35,895 nucleotides of DNA from Chiloscyllium plagiosum (taxonomy: Eukaryota), in contig NC_057752.1 in the NCBI RefSeq assembly GCF_004010195.1, positions 14,379,347 to 14,415,241 of the forward strand, in the 5' to 3' direction. Both the position numbers and the translations under genes were made by a program. This document shows, piece after piece, positions 1-9,369 of the stretch; position 1 is the stretch's first letter; the number at the start of each line of letters is the position of its first letter. The notes under the pieces were generated by a model that saw only the letters and a program-made list of their open reading frames with translations, did not search any database and had not been told where the DNA came from.

Positions 1-78
1 GCTTCGGCGGGTTGGTGTGGACTTGTTGGGCCGAAGGGCCTGTTTCCACACTGTAAGTAATCTAATCTAATCTAATCT
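1..78 (+). mobile_element. 3' tail of HE1/V-SINE-type SINE
   Basis: ggacttgttgggccgaagggcctgtttccacactgtaagt followed by an (AATCT)n tail. The same tail recurs at 11995, 12941, 24650 and 26020. Confidence 0.85.
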
Positions 79-80
79 TA

Positions 81-248
81 ACACTGCAATCTTTGCTATA
101 AATTCTGTGTTTTACGATCCTGCTCCACAGATACCTGATGAAGGGGCAGCGTTCCGAAAGCTAGTGCTTCCAAATAAACCTGTTGGACTCTCACCTGGTG
201 TCGTGTGACTTTTTACTTTGTCCACCCCAGTCCAACACCAGCACCACT
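81..248 (+). mobile_element. Penelope-like element terminal fragment
   Basis: cctgatgaagg...ccgaaagctagtgcttccaaataaacctgttggact...ccagtccaacacc. A homologous copy lies on the - strand at 28028-28154. Confidence 0.7.
132..166 (+). ncRNA. Minimal type I hammerhead ribozyme motif
   Basis: tac-CTGATGA-a-ggggc-agc-gttcc-GAAA-gc-TA-gtg. Both core boxes are intact, with a 5-bp stem II (two G-U pairs), a palindromic AGCU stem III and a 3-bp stem I (uac/gug). Confidence 0.65.
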
Positions 249-277
249 GTAACGTCCTTCACTGTGTTTTGAAGAAC

Positions 278-715
278 ATACAGTCGCAGGATGTCACCGG
301 ACATAGAGAGTTCGAGAGATAAGAAGAATAGACTGGAAAGGCTGGGACATTTTTCCCCACTGGACCGTAGGCAGCTGAGGGGGTGGACCTTACTGAGGTT
401 TTATAAAATCATGGAGGGACACAGATCAGGTGAATGACAAGGGTCTTTTCCCTAGGATGGGGACTAGGGGGGCATAGGTTTCAGGGAAGAGGAGAAAGAT
501 TTAAACAGGACGCGAGGGACAATGTTTTCTTCTACGTAGAGAGAGTGGTGCGTGCGTGGAATGAGCTTCCTGAGGAAGTGGGGACAGTAACCACGTTTAA
601 GACATTTGGATAAGCACACGGATAGGGAAAAGTTTGGAGGGAGATGGAGTAGGGGCAGGTGTGGGACTAGTTGGAGCAAAGGGTCTGTTTCTGTGCTGTA
701 TGACGCTATGACCTC
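278..715 (+). mobile_element. CR1 LINE 3' fragment (degenerate)
   Basis: Homologous to the CR1 3' ends at 4745-5350 and 9885-10420 (…tggaatgagc…gggtctgtttctgtgctgtatgac). Confidence 0.85.
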
Positions 716-1485
716 CTGGCTATTTGCTCAGTCATACATTCCCTCCCCTCGCAGTCCCCCAACCGTTTCCGTTCCTCTACCGCACCCCCATCGGCAGCCT
801 TGACTTATTAAGCTCTCTCCAACCCGCACTGTTCACACACACACACACACTCACTAACTTCTCCTTCTGCACTTTGCTGACTGTTTCCTGGGGATTTCCT
901 GCACTCCCCCCCTCAATCACGGTTAAAATCTGCCCAATGAGGTGTTGCACAGATCCAGTTGGAGGCTTGCCGACTGGAGGGAGGGAGGGAGGCCCTGGGT
1001 CTACTTCAGGAAGGCTGCACTCGTTCTCCTCCCACCACCCCCCCCCCACCTCAATCGCAGAGGCTGGGGCAGCCAATTAAACCCAGCCCCATCAAAATAG
1101 AGTCGCTTCCCCCCGCCCCCCCCGGGACGAGGGAGTTACACAGATGATACAGAGGACGGAGTGACATTCTTCAGAAAGGGAACGCGGACAACTCCTCTCA
1201 AACAGCATTGCTCTTGGAGGTGAGCCAGCCATGAACAAACATATTCCCATTAAAGTAAACTTGGCTGATTGGCTCAAAGGGAAGGGAAGGTTGGCCTGCC
1301 AGAATCACAATGTCATGACAGTAACCTCAGGTCCCATTGAAATGTGCACTGTGCAAAGGAGGGGCAGGGCTTGCTATGGAACCATACGCTTTCCGCAAGT
1401 CAGTCAGGCCCGTTTAAGGCAAACCTGGATTTCAGCCAGATTCCCTGCACCCTGACGTCACAGGGATGATGGATGCTACACCGAC

Positions 1486-1535
1486 TGCAGTGGTTCAAAC
1501 AGGCAGCACACCACCACCTCAACGGCAACTAGGGA
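1486..1535 (+). mobile_element. Short 3'-end fragment of L2/CR1-group LINE
   Basis: ctgcagtggttcaaacaggcagcacaccaccacctcaacggcaactaggg resembles the 3' end of the LINE seen at 9370-9880 (-) and 27258-28200 (+). Confidence 0.55.
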
Positions 1536-1819
1536 ACAGGATCACGCTCAAATCTACTGGCTGTCAGGGCATTCCGCAGTCAGATAGGCCAGCCCGACAC
1601 AGACCTCACCGTGAGGAAGGGAACGGCGGGGGGGGGGGGGGGGGGGGGGGNNNNNNNNNNNGCCCTGACCCCTCAGTTCACTCTGCTACCTAAACCCCTT
1701 CCAGCCCCTCTCCCCACACACACACACACCCACCCACCCTAAAACAACTCACCTCTACCTTTCCCCAAGAGCCCTAACCAGGCAAAGCCTCAGCGCAGAG
1801 TCACAACCGAGTCAATGTT

Positions 1820-1895
1820 TTAAAAAAAAATTCATTGACAGGATGAGGGTGTCTAGGCCCCCCATCTATTGCCCAGAGGGCAGTTGAAGAGTCCA
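1820..1895 (-). mobile_element. 3' end of tRNA-SINE (32292-type), running into a gap
   Basis: ttgcccagagggcagttgaagagtcc matches 34104-34130 and the reverse complement of 32550-32575. Confidence 0.6.
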
Positions 1896-2424
1896 NNNNN
1901 NNNNNNNNNNNNNNNNNNNNNNNNNNNNNNNNNNNNNNNNNNNNNNNNNNNNNNNNNNNNNNNNNNNNNNNNNNNNNNNNNNNNNNNNNNNNNNNNNNNN
2001 NNNNNNNNNNNNNNNNNNNNNNNNNNNNNNNNNNNNNNNNNNNNNNNNNNNNNNNNNNNNNNNNNNNNNNNNNNNNNNNNNNNNNNNNNNNNNNNNNNNN
2101 NNNNNNNNNNNNNNNNNNNNNNNNNNNNNNNNNNNNNNNNNNNNNNNNNNNNNNNNNNNNNNNNNNNNNNNNNNNNNNNNNNNNNNNNNNNNNNNNNNNN
2201 NNNNNNNNNNNNNNNNNNNNNNNNNNNNNNNNNNNNNNNNNNNNNNNNNNNNNNNNNNNNNNNNNNNNNNNNNNNNNNNNNNNNNNNNNNNNNNNNNNNN
2301 NNNNNNNNNNNNNNNNNNNNNNNNNNNNNNNNNNNNNNNNNNNNNNNNNNNNNNNNNNNNNNNNNNNNNNNNNNNNNNNNNNNNNNNNNNNNNNNAAGGA
2401 ACTATGAACCTGCACTCCTGGGCT

Positions 2425-2597
2425 GATTTTCTTTCCCAAAATACAGCACCTCACATTTATCTAAATTAAACTCATTTTGCCACTCCTCAGCCCATTGGCC
2501 CATCTGATCAAGATCCTGTTGTAGTCTGAAGTAACCTTCTTTGCTGTCCACTACACCTCCAATTTTGGTGTCATCTGCAAACTTACTAACTATACTG
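2425..2597 (-). mobile_element. CR1 LINE RT fragment
   Basis: Translates SKFADDTKIGGVVDS...LQQDLDQMGQWAEEWQ.EFNLDKCEV, the RT catalytic FADD region. Confidence 0.92.
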
Positions 2598-2794
2598 AGG
2601 TAATATGAGGATTGAATCAATGGATATTATCAGCGTGACGTTGTTACCATCTGTGCTAAATGTCCACAGTGCCTGGATTTTTAAAAAATGTATATCCAGA
2701 TGTGTTACTGCACACAACCATTTTGATGGACCCATTTTGATGTCATTCCTGGGTCTGCTTTATTGCTTAATTTCCCTACTTTTCTAACTAACTG

Positions 2795-3625
2795 TTTAGA
2801 GATGTTATTCCACACCTCTGGAGAAAGGTGGGACTTTAATCTAAACAGGTTGGTTTGAAAACAGGTTGAATGTTTTTAAAAAAAAAAGTTGGTAATTCAG
2901 ACTTAACTTTTAAAAACATGCCCTTCTTGCCTCCTTGTGGTGCAGTGGTTGTGACTCCTCCTCTAAGATAGGAGGCCTGGGTTCAAGTCCAGCGCTCCAC
3001 AGGCAAGTAATAACATCTCTGAACAGGTTGACTAGAAAAATAGGTTAAATGGAACAAAAAAAAGTTATTTCAAAGAAAGCCAACCAATCCTTGTCCTCTT
3101 GTGGTAGTGTCACGACCTTCGGACTGGGAGGGCCAGGGTTCAAGTGCTTGTGCCAAAGTTGTGTCATAACATCACACTGAGGGTGGTACGTGTATGGAAT
3201 GAGCTGTCAGAGGAAGTGGTGGAGGCTGGTACAATTGCAATATTTTAAGAGGCATTTGGATGGGTATATGAGTAGGAAGGGTTTGGAGGGATATGGGCCG
3301 GGTGCTGGCAGGTGGGACTAGATTGGTTTGGGATATCTGGTTGGTATGGACAGGTTGTACCGAAGGGTCTGTTTCTGTGCTGTACATCTCTGACTATAAC
3401 ATCCCTGAATATAAGTTAACTAATAAAAAAAAAACGATTTTGGGCATAGGCTGCTGGTGTCTTGTGGCGCCTCTGAGCCAGGAAATTCAAATTGCACTCA
3501 GAGTAACATCTCTGAATAGGTTTATGAGGGAATTATCTCAGTACACCAGCGAGGTGGGTGTGTGGTCCAACGGTAGCGTCATGACTTCTGGTGTGGAAGG
3601 ACCCGGGTTCAAATCCCAAGGTACA
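2795..3625 (+). repeat. Cluster of about 4-5 short tRNA-derived SINE-like units
   Basis: Units at about 2928-3040, 3090-3173 plus 3396-3430, 3445-3530 and 3555-3625 (+), with a probable inverted piece at 2795-2840. A boxes TGGTGCAGTGG (2938) and TGGTCCAACGG (3563); B boxes GGTTCAAGTCC (2980) and GGTTCAAATCC (3606). Shared tail taacatctctgaa.aggtt. Confidence 0.65.
3174..3395 (+). mobile_element. CR1 LINE 3' end inserted into a tRNA-SINE unit
   Basis: CR1 3' sequence flanked by the 8-bp direct repeat ATAACATC (3166-3173, 3396-3403). Confidence 0.9.
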
Positions 3626-3639
3626 CAAGCAAAGCTTCT

Positions 3640-3868
3640 TTGCTTAAAAACGTGTGAGCCCCGCCTTCTCCAGTCTGATGGCTGCAAGCTGTCCATGTGA
3701 GCTTCTCAGATCCCAGCAGCAGCGAGGAGATCTCACGTGGAGAGTTCTCGGCCGACCCTGCCCCCTCTCCTTTACAAAAACGGCTCAACCCCGAGGCGGC
3801 TCCAAGTGTCTTGTGGAAGAGGAGCTCGAGGTGCTGCACGCACGCCCCCTGCTGCACGCTCCTCCAGC
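3640..3868 (+). promoter_or_regulatory. Putative proximal promoter/5'UTR of the Reprimo-family gene
   Basis: CpG-rich unique DNA directly upstream of the ATG. It has an E-box CACGTG at 3734-3739 and a TATA-like TTTACAAAAA at 3771-3780. Confidence 0.5.
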
Positions 3869-4174
3869 ATGAACTCCAGCCGGCCGGCCGAGGCGATGTT
3901 CCCGCGCAAAGCCGATCCCATCCGGCCTCTCCTCAACTGCTGCAACGGCACCTGGTTGGTCAGCGAAGGAGAGGGCTCCCCGCCTCAGGGCAGCCCGGAT
4001 ACCCTCAGGGTGGTCCAGATCGCCGTGCTCTGTGTCCTCTCACTGACCGTGCTCTTCGGCATCTTCTGCCTGGGCTGCAACCTCCTCATCAAGTCGGAGA
4101 GTCTGCTGAACCTGCTGGTGAGGGAGCGCCGACCATCTAAAGAGAGGGAGGTTGTCATCATTGACTCTTACTGA
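3869..4174 (+). CDS. Reprimo-family single-pass membrane glycoprotein (RPRM/RPRML/RPRM3 paralog unresolved), single exon, 101 aa
   Basis: ATG at 3869 in good Kozak context (A at -3). The protein MNSSRPAEAM...LLNCCNGT...RVVQIAVLCVLSLTVLFGIFCLGCNLLIKSESLLNLLVRERRPSKEREVVIIDSY matches the Reprimo family: N-terminal N-glycosylation sequons (NSS, NGT), a CC motif, the TM segment QIAVxCVLSLTVxFGIF.LGCNLLIKSE, RRPSK and a terminal Y. The region is locally CpG-rich. Confidence 0.96.
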   Translation: MNSSRPAEAMFPRKADPIRPLLNCCNGTWLVSEGEGSPPQGSPDTLRVVQIAVLCVLSLTVLFGIFCLGCNLLIKSESLLNLLVRERRPSKEREVVIIDSY

Positions 4175-4719
4175 GAGGCTGGAGCTGCGAGCAGCCGAGG
4201 ACAAAGACCTTATTCCCCTCCATGCCAGAGTTTTCACACTCCTGCCAAGGAAGGGAGAAGTGCTAGCCAAGGTTGTAAGTAACAGCCAGAATTTCAACAG
4301 CTTGCCCAAGAGTTTGGACTCTGGTTCCCCACTTTGGGGGCATTTATGGGGTTTGTCGGAGGGGGGGTGGGTGCTTGGAATGAAATCATGGACCAACCGA
4401 ATGCTCTCTGTGATTGCTGTTAACTTTGAGCTGATGTTCAACTGGGCACTGAAGGTTTGAAGACAACTGCACAATAGCTTTGAACCTTTCAGATCCACAT
4501 GGAAAATACTGCCTGTGCTCTGTGGAGGGATTTTGTTAAAAGTTGAAGGAATTTCGGGCAGCAGTCTCCTGCTATTGTGACTCATTCCTCGGTGTGTCTT
4601 TAATTTGCTTGGAGATGAAATTGTGTGCCAAGTCATCGAGTTATACAGTACAGAAACAGACCCTTCGGTCCAACTCGTCCGCACTGACTAGGCATCCCGA
4701 TCTGACCCAGTCCCATTTG

Positions 4720-5868
4720 ATTTGATTTATTTGTCACATTGGCCAGAACATTGAGTATCAGAGTTGGGAGGTCATGTTGCAGCTGTACAGGATGTTGGTC
4801 AGACTACTTTTGGAATACTGTGTTCAGTTCTGGTCTCCCTGCTATTGGAAAGATGTTGTGAAACTTGAAAGGGTTCAGAAAATGTATACAAGGATGTTGC
4901 CAGGGTTGGAGGATTTGAGCTACAGGGAGAGGCTGAATAGGCTGGGGCTGTTTTTCCCTGGAGCGTCGGAGGCTGAGGGGGTGACCTTATAGAGGTTTAT
5001 AAAATCGTGAGGGACATGGATAGGGTAAATAGACAAGGTCTTTTCCACAGGGTAGCTGAATCCAAAACTAAAGGGCATAAGATAAGGGTGAGATGGGAAA
5101 GATTTAAAAGGAACTTGAGGGGTAATTTTTTTCACGCAGGGGGTGGTATGTGTATGGAATGAGCTGCTAGAGGAAGTGGTGGAGGCTGGTACAATTACAA
5201 CATTTAAAAGGCATCTGGATGGGTATATGATTAAGAGGATATGGGCCAAGTGCTGGCAAATGGGACTAGAATTGAGTTGGGGTATCTGGTCGGCATGGAC
5301 GAGTTGGATCGAAGGATCTGTTTCTGTGCTGTATGACTCTGTGACTCAATGGCATGTATCTTGTTACAAAATACAGTGAAAAGTGTTGTGCAGCGTTGCT
5401 ACTCTCTGGCGCCATCTTAAAAAACAGAAATATAAGCCAAGACATGGAATATAAAGGCAGAACAATGAAGAAGTAAAGGAAGTGTCCAACTTTACAGTCC
5501 TTGTTAAGTGCTCCACCATGGGCCTCTTGGCCAGCTACAAGTTCCCTTCACCGCTGGAGCGAAAGTTGCCACTCTTCAGTGCCATCTTGCCTCCAGTGAT
5601 GCCCTTGCCGCTATGAGTCCTCAATGGACCTCGCCAATGTTGATGCCACTGGGTACTGCACTGGGCCAAACCTGACTCCATCGCTGCCATGAGTCTGCTT
5701 CGGGCCCACCTCACTGATGCAGCCATTGCTGATAGTGCCAGATCTCGTACTGGACCCAAATTCCCCTCCGCTGTGGAAGCCATGAATCTGTGCTGGATGC
5801 AGGTGCTACTGGGAACCTAGACTCGCCTCCACAGTGGCAGCTGAGAGTTGGCACTAGGACCCCCTCAA
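4720..5868 (-). mobile_element. Unclassified non-LTR retroposon with (TCAAA)n tail, itself interrupted by CR1
   Basis: Bounded by a 9-bp TSD. The - strand 3' end reconstructs to ttttcactgtattttgtaacaagatacatg|tgacaaataaatcaaatcaaa. The GC-rich body at 5520-5865 has no recognisable protein. Confidence 0.6.
4742..5350 (+). mobile_element. CR1 LINE 3' fragment
   Basis: MLQLYRMLVRLLLEYCVQFWSPC...LERVQKMYTRMLPGL, then the 3'UTR and a (GACTCTGT) tail. Confidence 0.93.
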
Positions 5869-7041
5869 TCCCATTTGCCAACATTTGACCCATGTCCCCC
5901 TCCAAACCCTTCCTATTCATATGCCCATCCAGATGCCTTTTAAATGTTGTAATTGTACCAGCCTCCACTACTTCCTCTGTCAGCTCATTCCATACACGTA
6001 CCACCCTCTGCGTGAAAACGTTGCCCCTTAGGTTCCTTTTATATCTTTCTCCTCTCACCCTAAATCTATGCCCTCTAGTTTTGGACTCCCCCACCCCAGG
6101 GAAAAGACCTATCTATGCCCCTCATGATTTTATAAACCTCTGTAAGGTCGCCCTTCAGCCTCCGACGCGCCAGGGAAAACAGCCCCAGTCTATTTAGCCT
6201 CTCGCTGTGGCTCAAAAGTCCTCAAAAATGCAGCTCACTGACTCAGATTCACATTCCATTTGTCTGTCCTGCACAGTATATAATGAGCCAGTTGTTCAAA
6301 TGCTCATTCTTGTCTGGCCTATGCCCAGACGGAGGCTATTCAGCTTATCCTGTCGGTGCCAGTTCTTTGCGGGAGCTGTCTGGCCTGTGCCAATCCCCTG
6401 CTCTTACCACTGCGAGCCCAGCAAGCAACAAGAGTTGGCCTCTCAGCCTATCGAGTGCCTGTTTGCTCTTCAGGTGTCCCACTGCAAATGTTGGCTGTTC
6501 GTTCCAACTGCCCCGTGCAGGCCAGACTCGAGACCAGAGCGCATGAAGATTGGCAGCATCCCTACCAGTTGGCATATTGCCCCCTTGCAATGCGGATGCC
6601 AGCCTCACCTTACTTATATTGCCCTCAACACCTTTTCAAACAAACTCTGAGGCATTTGGTATTCCCTTAATCATTCAAGTAAGAATAGAAAAGCCCCCTG
6701 ACAGTAAAATGCTCCTCGTGGAGGTGGGAGGGCACTGAAAAATCCCTGATTACCAACATCACTGGGCAAATGCTTGCCATTTCCCTATATTTGCTCTATC
6801 AGTGTGGCTTATAATAAGTGGGTGAGCATCGCCATAAGTGGACCGTCAAAGGACCAGGGTTGACTCCGTGTTCCACCAAAAGTCATTGTGGATTATTTGA
6901 TTCTGTCGGGCTAAAAATGTTTTTTTTTAAGTGACCACTATGATTCCATTTGAATTGAAATTGTTCCTTCACAGGCAGTGGGAATATATCTGTGCTTGTC
7001 TTTAAAAGAGACCCACTGTATATTGTGTTGAAATAATTGAG

Positions 7042-7047
7042 AATAAA
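7042..7047 (+). terminator. Candidate polyadenylation signal for the Reprimo-family mRNA
   Basis: AATAAA in an AT-rich, UTR-like unique stretch, followed by T/GT-rich sequence. It is the first AATAAA I noticed downstream of the stop codon. Confidence 0.35.
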
Positions 7048-7090
7048 TTAATCTGTCTTTTTTGAATGCTGGAGTTATTTGATATGTTTT

Positions 7091-7198
7091 CTCTGTCTCT
7101 CTCTCCCTCTGCCTCTGTCTCTCTCTCCCTCTGCCTCTGTCTCTCTCTCCCTCTGCCTCTGTCTCTCTCTCCCTCTGCCTCTGTCTCCGTCTCTCTCT
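7091..7198. repeat. 22-bp pyrimidine-rich tandem repeat (about 4.5 copies)
   Basis: Unit ctctgtctctctctccctctgc. Confidence 0.9.
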
Positions 7199-7254
7199 GA
7201 AGTACGTTCAGGGTGAATTAAAAACTTTGTATAACTTTTTATATTCAATATTCA

Positions 7255-7350
7255 TATATTGTCCATTCCTAATTGCCCCTTGCCATTTTCAGAGGGCAGT
7301 TAAGAATCAGCCATGTTGGCTGTGGGTCTGGAGTCACTTGTAGGCCACAT
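7255..7350 (-). mobile_element. tRNA-SINE fragment (32292-type)
   Basis: agagggcagttaagaatcagccatgttggctgtgggtctggagtcacttgtaggcca matches 34110-34165. Confidence 0.75.
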
Positions 7351-7857
7351 TGAATTCTAACTTCCCAATGGACAAGAGACAATTTAAGTGTCTGACTCTA
7401 TTATTAGACCAGCACTATAACCATTACCCTACTGTTCCCTCACATTGGCACTTGCATACTTTCTGTCCTTCTAGATTGCTGGTCAATAGGAAATGAGTGA
7501 ACCTGAGCCAGAATTGACGAAGGGTTGGCTCAGTATCATTGGCATTAATTGGTGATGGGTACAAGGTTCTATTCTCTCTCCCTAAGCCTATACAAGAGGT
7601 ACCATAGGCCGTGAGGGTGAAGATTGCTGGGAATGGATGGCAGCTGAGCTGGCACCGCAGCAGGCATAAAAACAGAAAAAATGCCACTCAAAATTTTGTT
7701 TTGCATCATTGCTATTGCAAATCGATTGGTTTTAATAAATCCTTGTGATTGGTTTTAATAAATCAATGTATTTAATGAATCAAATCAAATTGTTTTGTAG
7801 GGCTGGAGAGGAGGTCTCTCTTTCAGGAGCCAGTACAGATATGATGGATCAAATGTT

Positions 7858-8420
7858 TAGAGTGGTGCTGGAAAAGCACAGCAGTTCAGGCAGCATCCGA
7901 GGAGCAGGAAAATTGACATTTCAGGCAAAAGCCCTTCATCAGGAATGGATGCAGGAAGCCTCCAGGGTGGAGAGATAAATGGGGGTGGTGGGGTTGGGGA
8001 GAAGAGAGCGAAGAGTACAATAGGTGAATGGGAGTGGGGATGGAGGTGATATGTCAGAGAGGAGGGTGGAGCAGATAGGTGGCAAGGAAGATTGGTAGGT
8101 AGGACAGGTCATGGGGATGGTGCTGAGCTGGAAGGTTGGAACTGGGATAAGATGGGGGGGTGGGAAATGAGGAAACTAGTGAAATCCACATTGATGCCCT
8201 GGGGTTGAAGTGTTCCGAGGTGGAAGATGAGGCGTTCTTCCTCCAGGCATCTGGTGGTGAGGGAGCGGCGGTGAAGGAGGCCCAGGACCTCCATGTCCTC
8301 GGCAGAGTGGGAGGGGGAGTTGAAATGTTGGGCCACAGGGCGGTGGGGTTGATTGATGCGGGTGTCCCAGAGATGTTCCCTGAAGCGCTCTGCGAGGAGG
8401 CGTCCAGTCTCCCCAATGTC
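7858..8420 (-). mobile_element. Penelope-like element, 5'-truncated: GIY-YIG endonuclease C-terminus plus 3' end
   Basis: Translates (Y>D)IGETGRLLAERFREHLWD...PVAQHFN...H...LEEERLIFHLGTLQPQGINVDF*, typical of the PLE GIY-YIG domain. It is followed by a pyrimidine-rich UTR and a hammerhead motif. Confidence 0.9.
7912..7945 (-). ncRNA. Minimal hammerhead ribozyme motif (partly decayed)
   Basis: The - strand reads ttc-CTGATGA-a-gggc-tttt-gcct-GAAA-tg-TC-aat. The core is intact; stems I and III appear weakened by CpG-type transitions. Confidence 0.55.
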
Positions 8421-8619
8421 TCCCTGCCCAGTTGAGGCTACTTCATCGATAGATATTTCAACAGTAAAGGAAGTTACGGTGAGCGGGTGGGTAAATGGAG
8501 CAGAGTTTATGAAAAGATCAGCCATGGTCTTATTGGATGGTGGAGCAGGCTGGAAGGGCCAGATGACCTACTCCTGCTCCTCATTCTTACGTTAAGAGCA
8601 AGGCAGTGGTGCTGAATTG

Positions 8620-9180
8620 GTACAAGGTGCGTGTTAGACCTCACCTGGCGTATCATATACAGTTGTGGGCACCACATGTGAGAAAAGGTGTGAACACATT
8701 GGGGGGAGAGAGAGAGCAGATGTGATGTACAAGAATGGTTCCAGGATTGAGAAGCCTCAGCGGTGAGGATAGATTGAAGACATTGGGACTGTTCTCCCTG
8801 GAGAGAGGAAAGCTGAGAGGGAGATCTGATGGAGGTTTTCAAAATCCTGAGCGGGCTGGATTGAGTAGATAGGGAGAAGCTGTTCCCACTTATAAAAGAA
8901 AAAAAGAGCGAGAGGAATTAGATTTAAAGTGACGTGCAAAAGCAGCGAGGATGATGTGAGAAAACATTTCTTGACACAGAGTACTGAGGGGCTGGAAAGC
9001 ACTGCATGGAAGGGTGGTGGAGGCAGGTTCAATTGAGGCATTCAAGAGGGGCACTGGATGGTTATTGGGATAGAAATGGGGTGCAGGGATATGGGAGAAT
9101 GGCAGGAGATTGGGTCTGAGGGAATCGAGCCAGGCAGAATAATAGAGCTAGAGCAGGTACGATGGACCCAATGGCCTCCC
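8620..9180 (+). mobile_element. Old CR1 LINE 3' fragment
   Basis: Degenerate homology to the CR1 3' region (gttagacctcacctgg…ttccagga…ggtggtggaggcaggttcaattgaggcattcaagaggg). Confidence 0.75.
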
Positions 9181-9369
9181 TTTGCAAGTGTCAGCTCTTT
9201 TGAAAGACCTGTCCCGTTCATTCCACTTGCCTTTCCCCCTAGCCTTCAAACATTGTTCCGTCAAGGGCTTATCCCCATTCTGATTGTGACTATTGAATCT
9301 GCATTGAGTATAGGAGTTGGGGGTGGGTCACCCTGTGCAGGAGATTGGTTGAGCCATTTCTGGAACTTT

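Larger units (their letters stand above)
4632..6207 (-). mobile_element. CR1 LINE 3' fragment split in two (4632-4719 and 5869-6207)
   Basis: The - strand translates GESKTRGHRFRVRGERYKRNLRGNVFTQRVVRVWNEL. The two halves join across the duplicated TCCCATTTG (4711-4719, 5869-5877). Confidence 0.88.

Noticed and set aside
1801..2454. Long ORFs here and at 16319-17227
   Set aside because: They are open only because they run through N gaps.
3555..3629. Functional tRNA gene
   Set aside because: A and B boxes are present, but the anticodon and T stems pair poorly and it belongs to the neighbouring SINE-like cluster.
3737..3868. 44-aa N-terminal extension of the Reprimo ORF in the ORF track
   Set aside because: It starts at GTG, has no family similarity and overlaps promoter-like motifs. 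ATG 3869 gives the canonical MN-start.
3640..3868. p53 response element (mammalian RPRM is a p53 target)
   Set aside because: I saw no convincing paired RRRCWWGYYY half-sites.
4040..4684. 214-aa antisense ORF overlapping the Reprimo 3' end
   Set aside because: It begins inside a CR1 tail and has no recognisable domain, so it is likely a chance ORF.
6207..6740. Overlapping Cys-rich ORFs downstream of Reprimo
   Set aside because: No recognisable domain or clear exon structure. More likely UTR or intergenic DNA.
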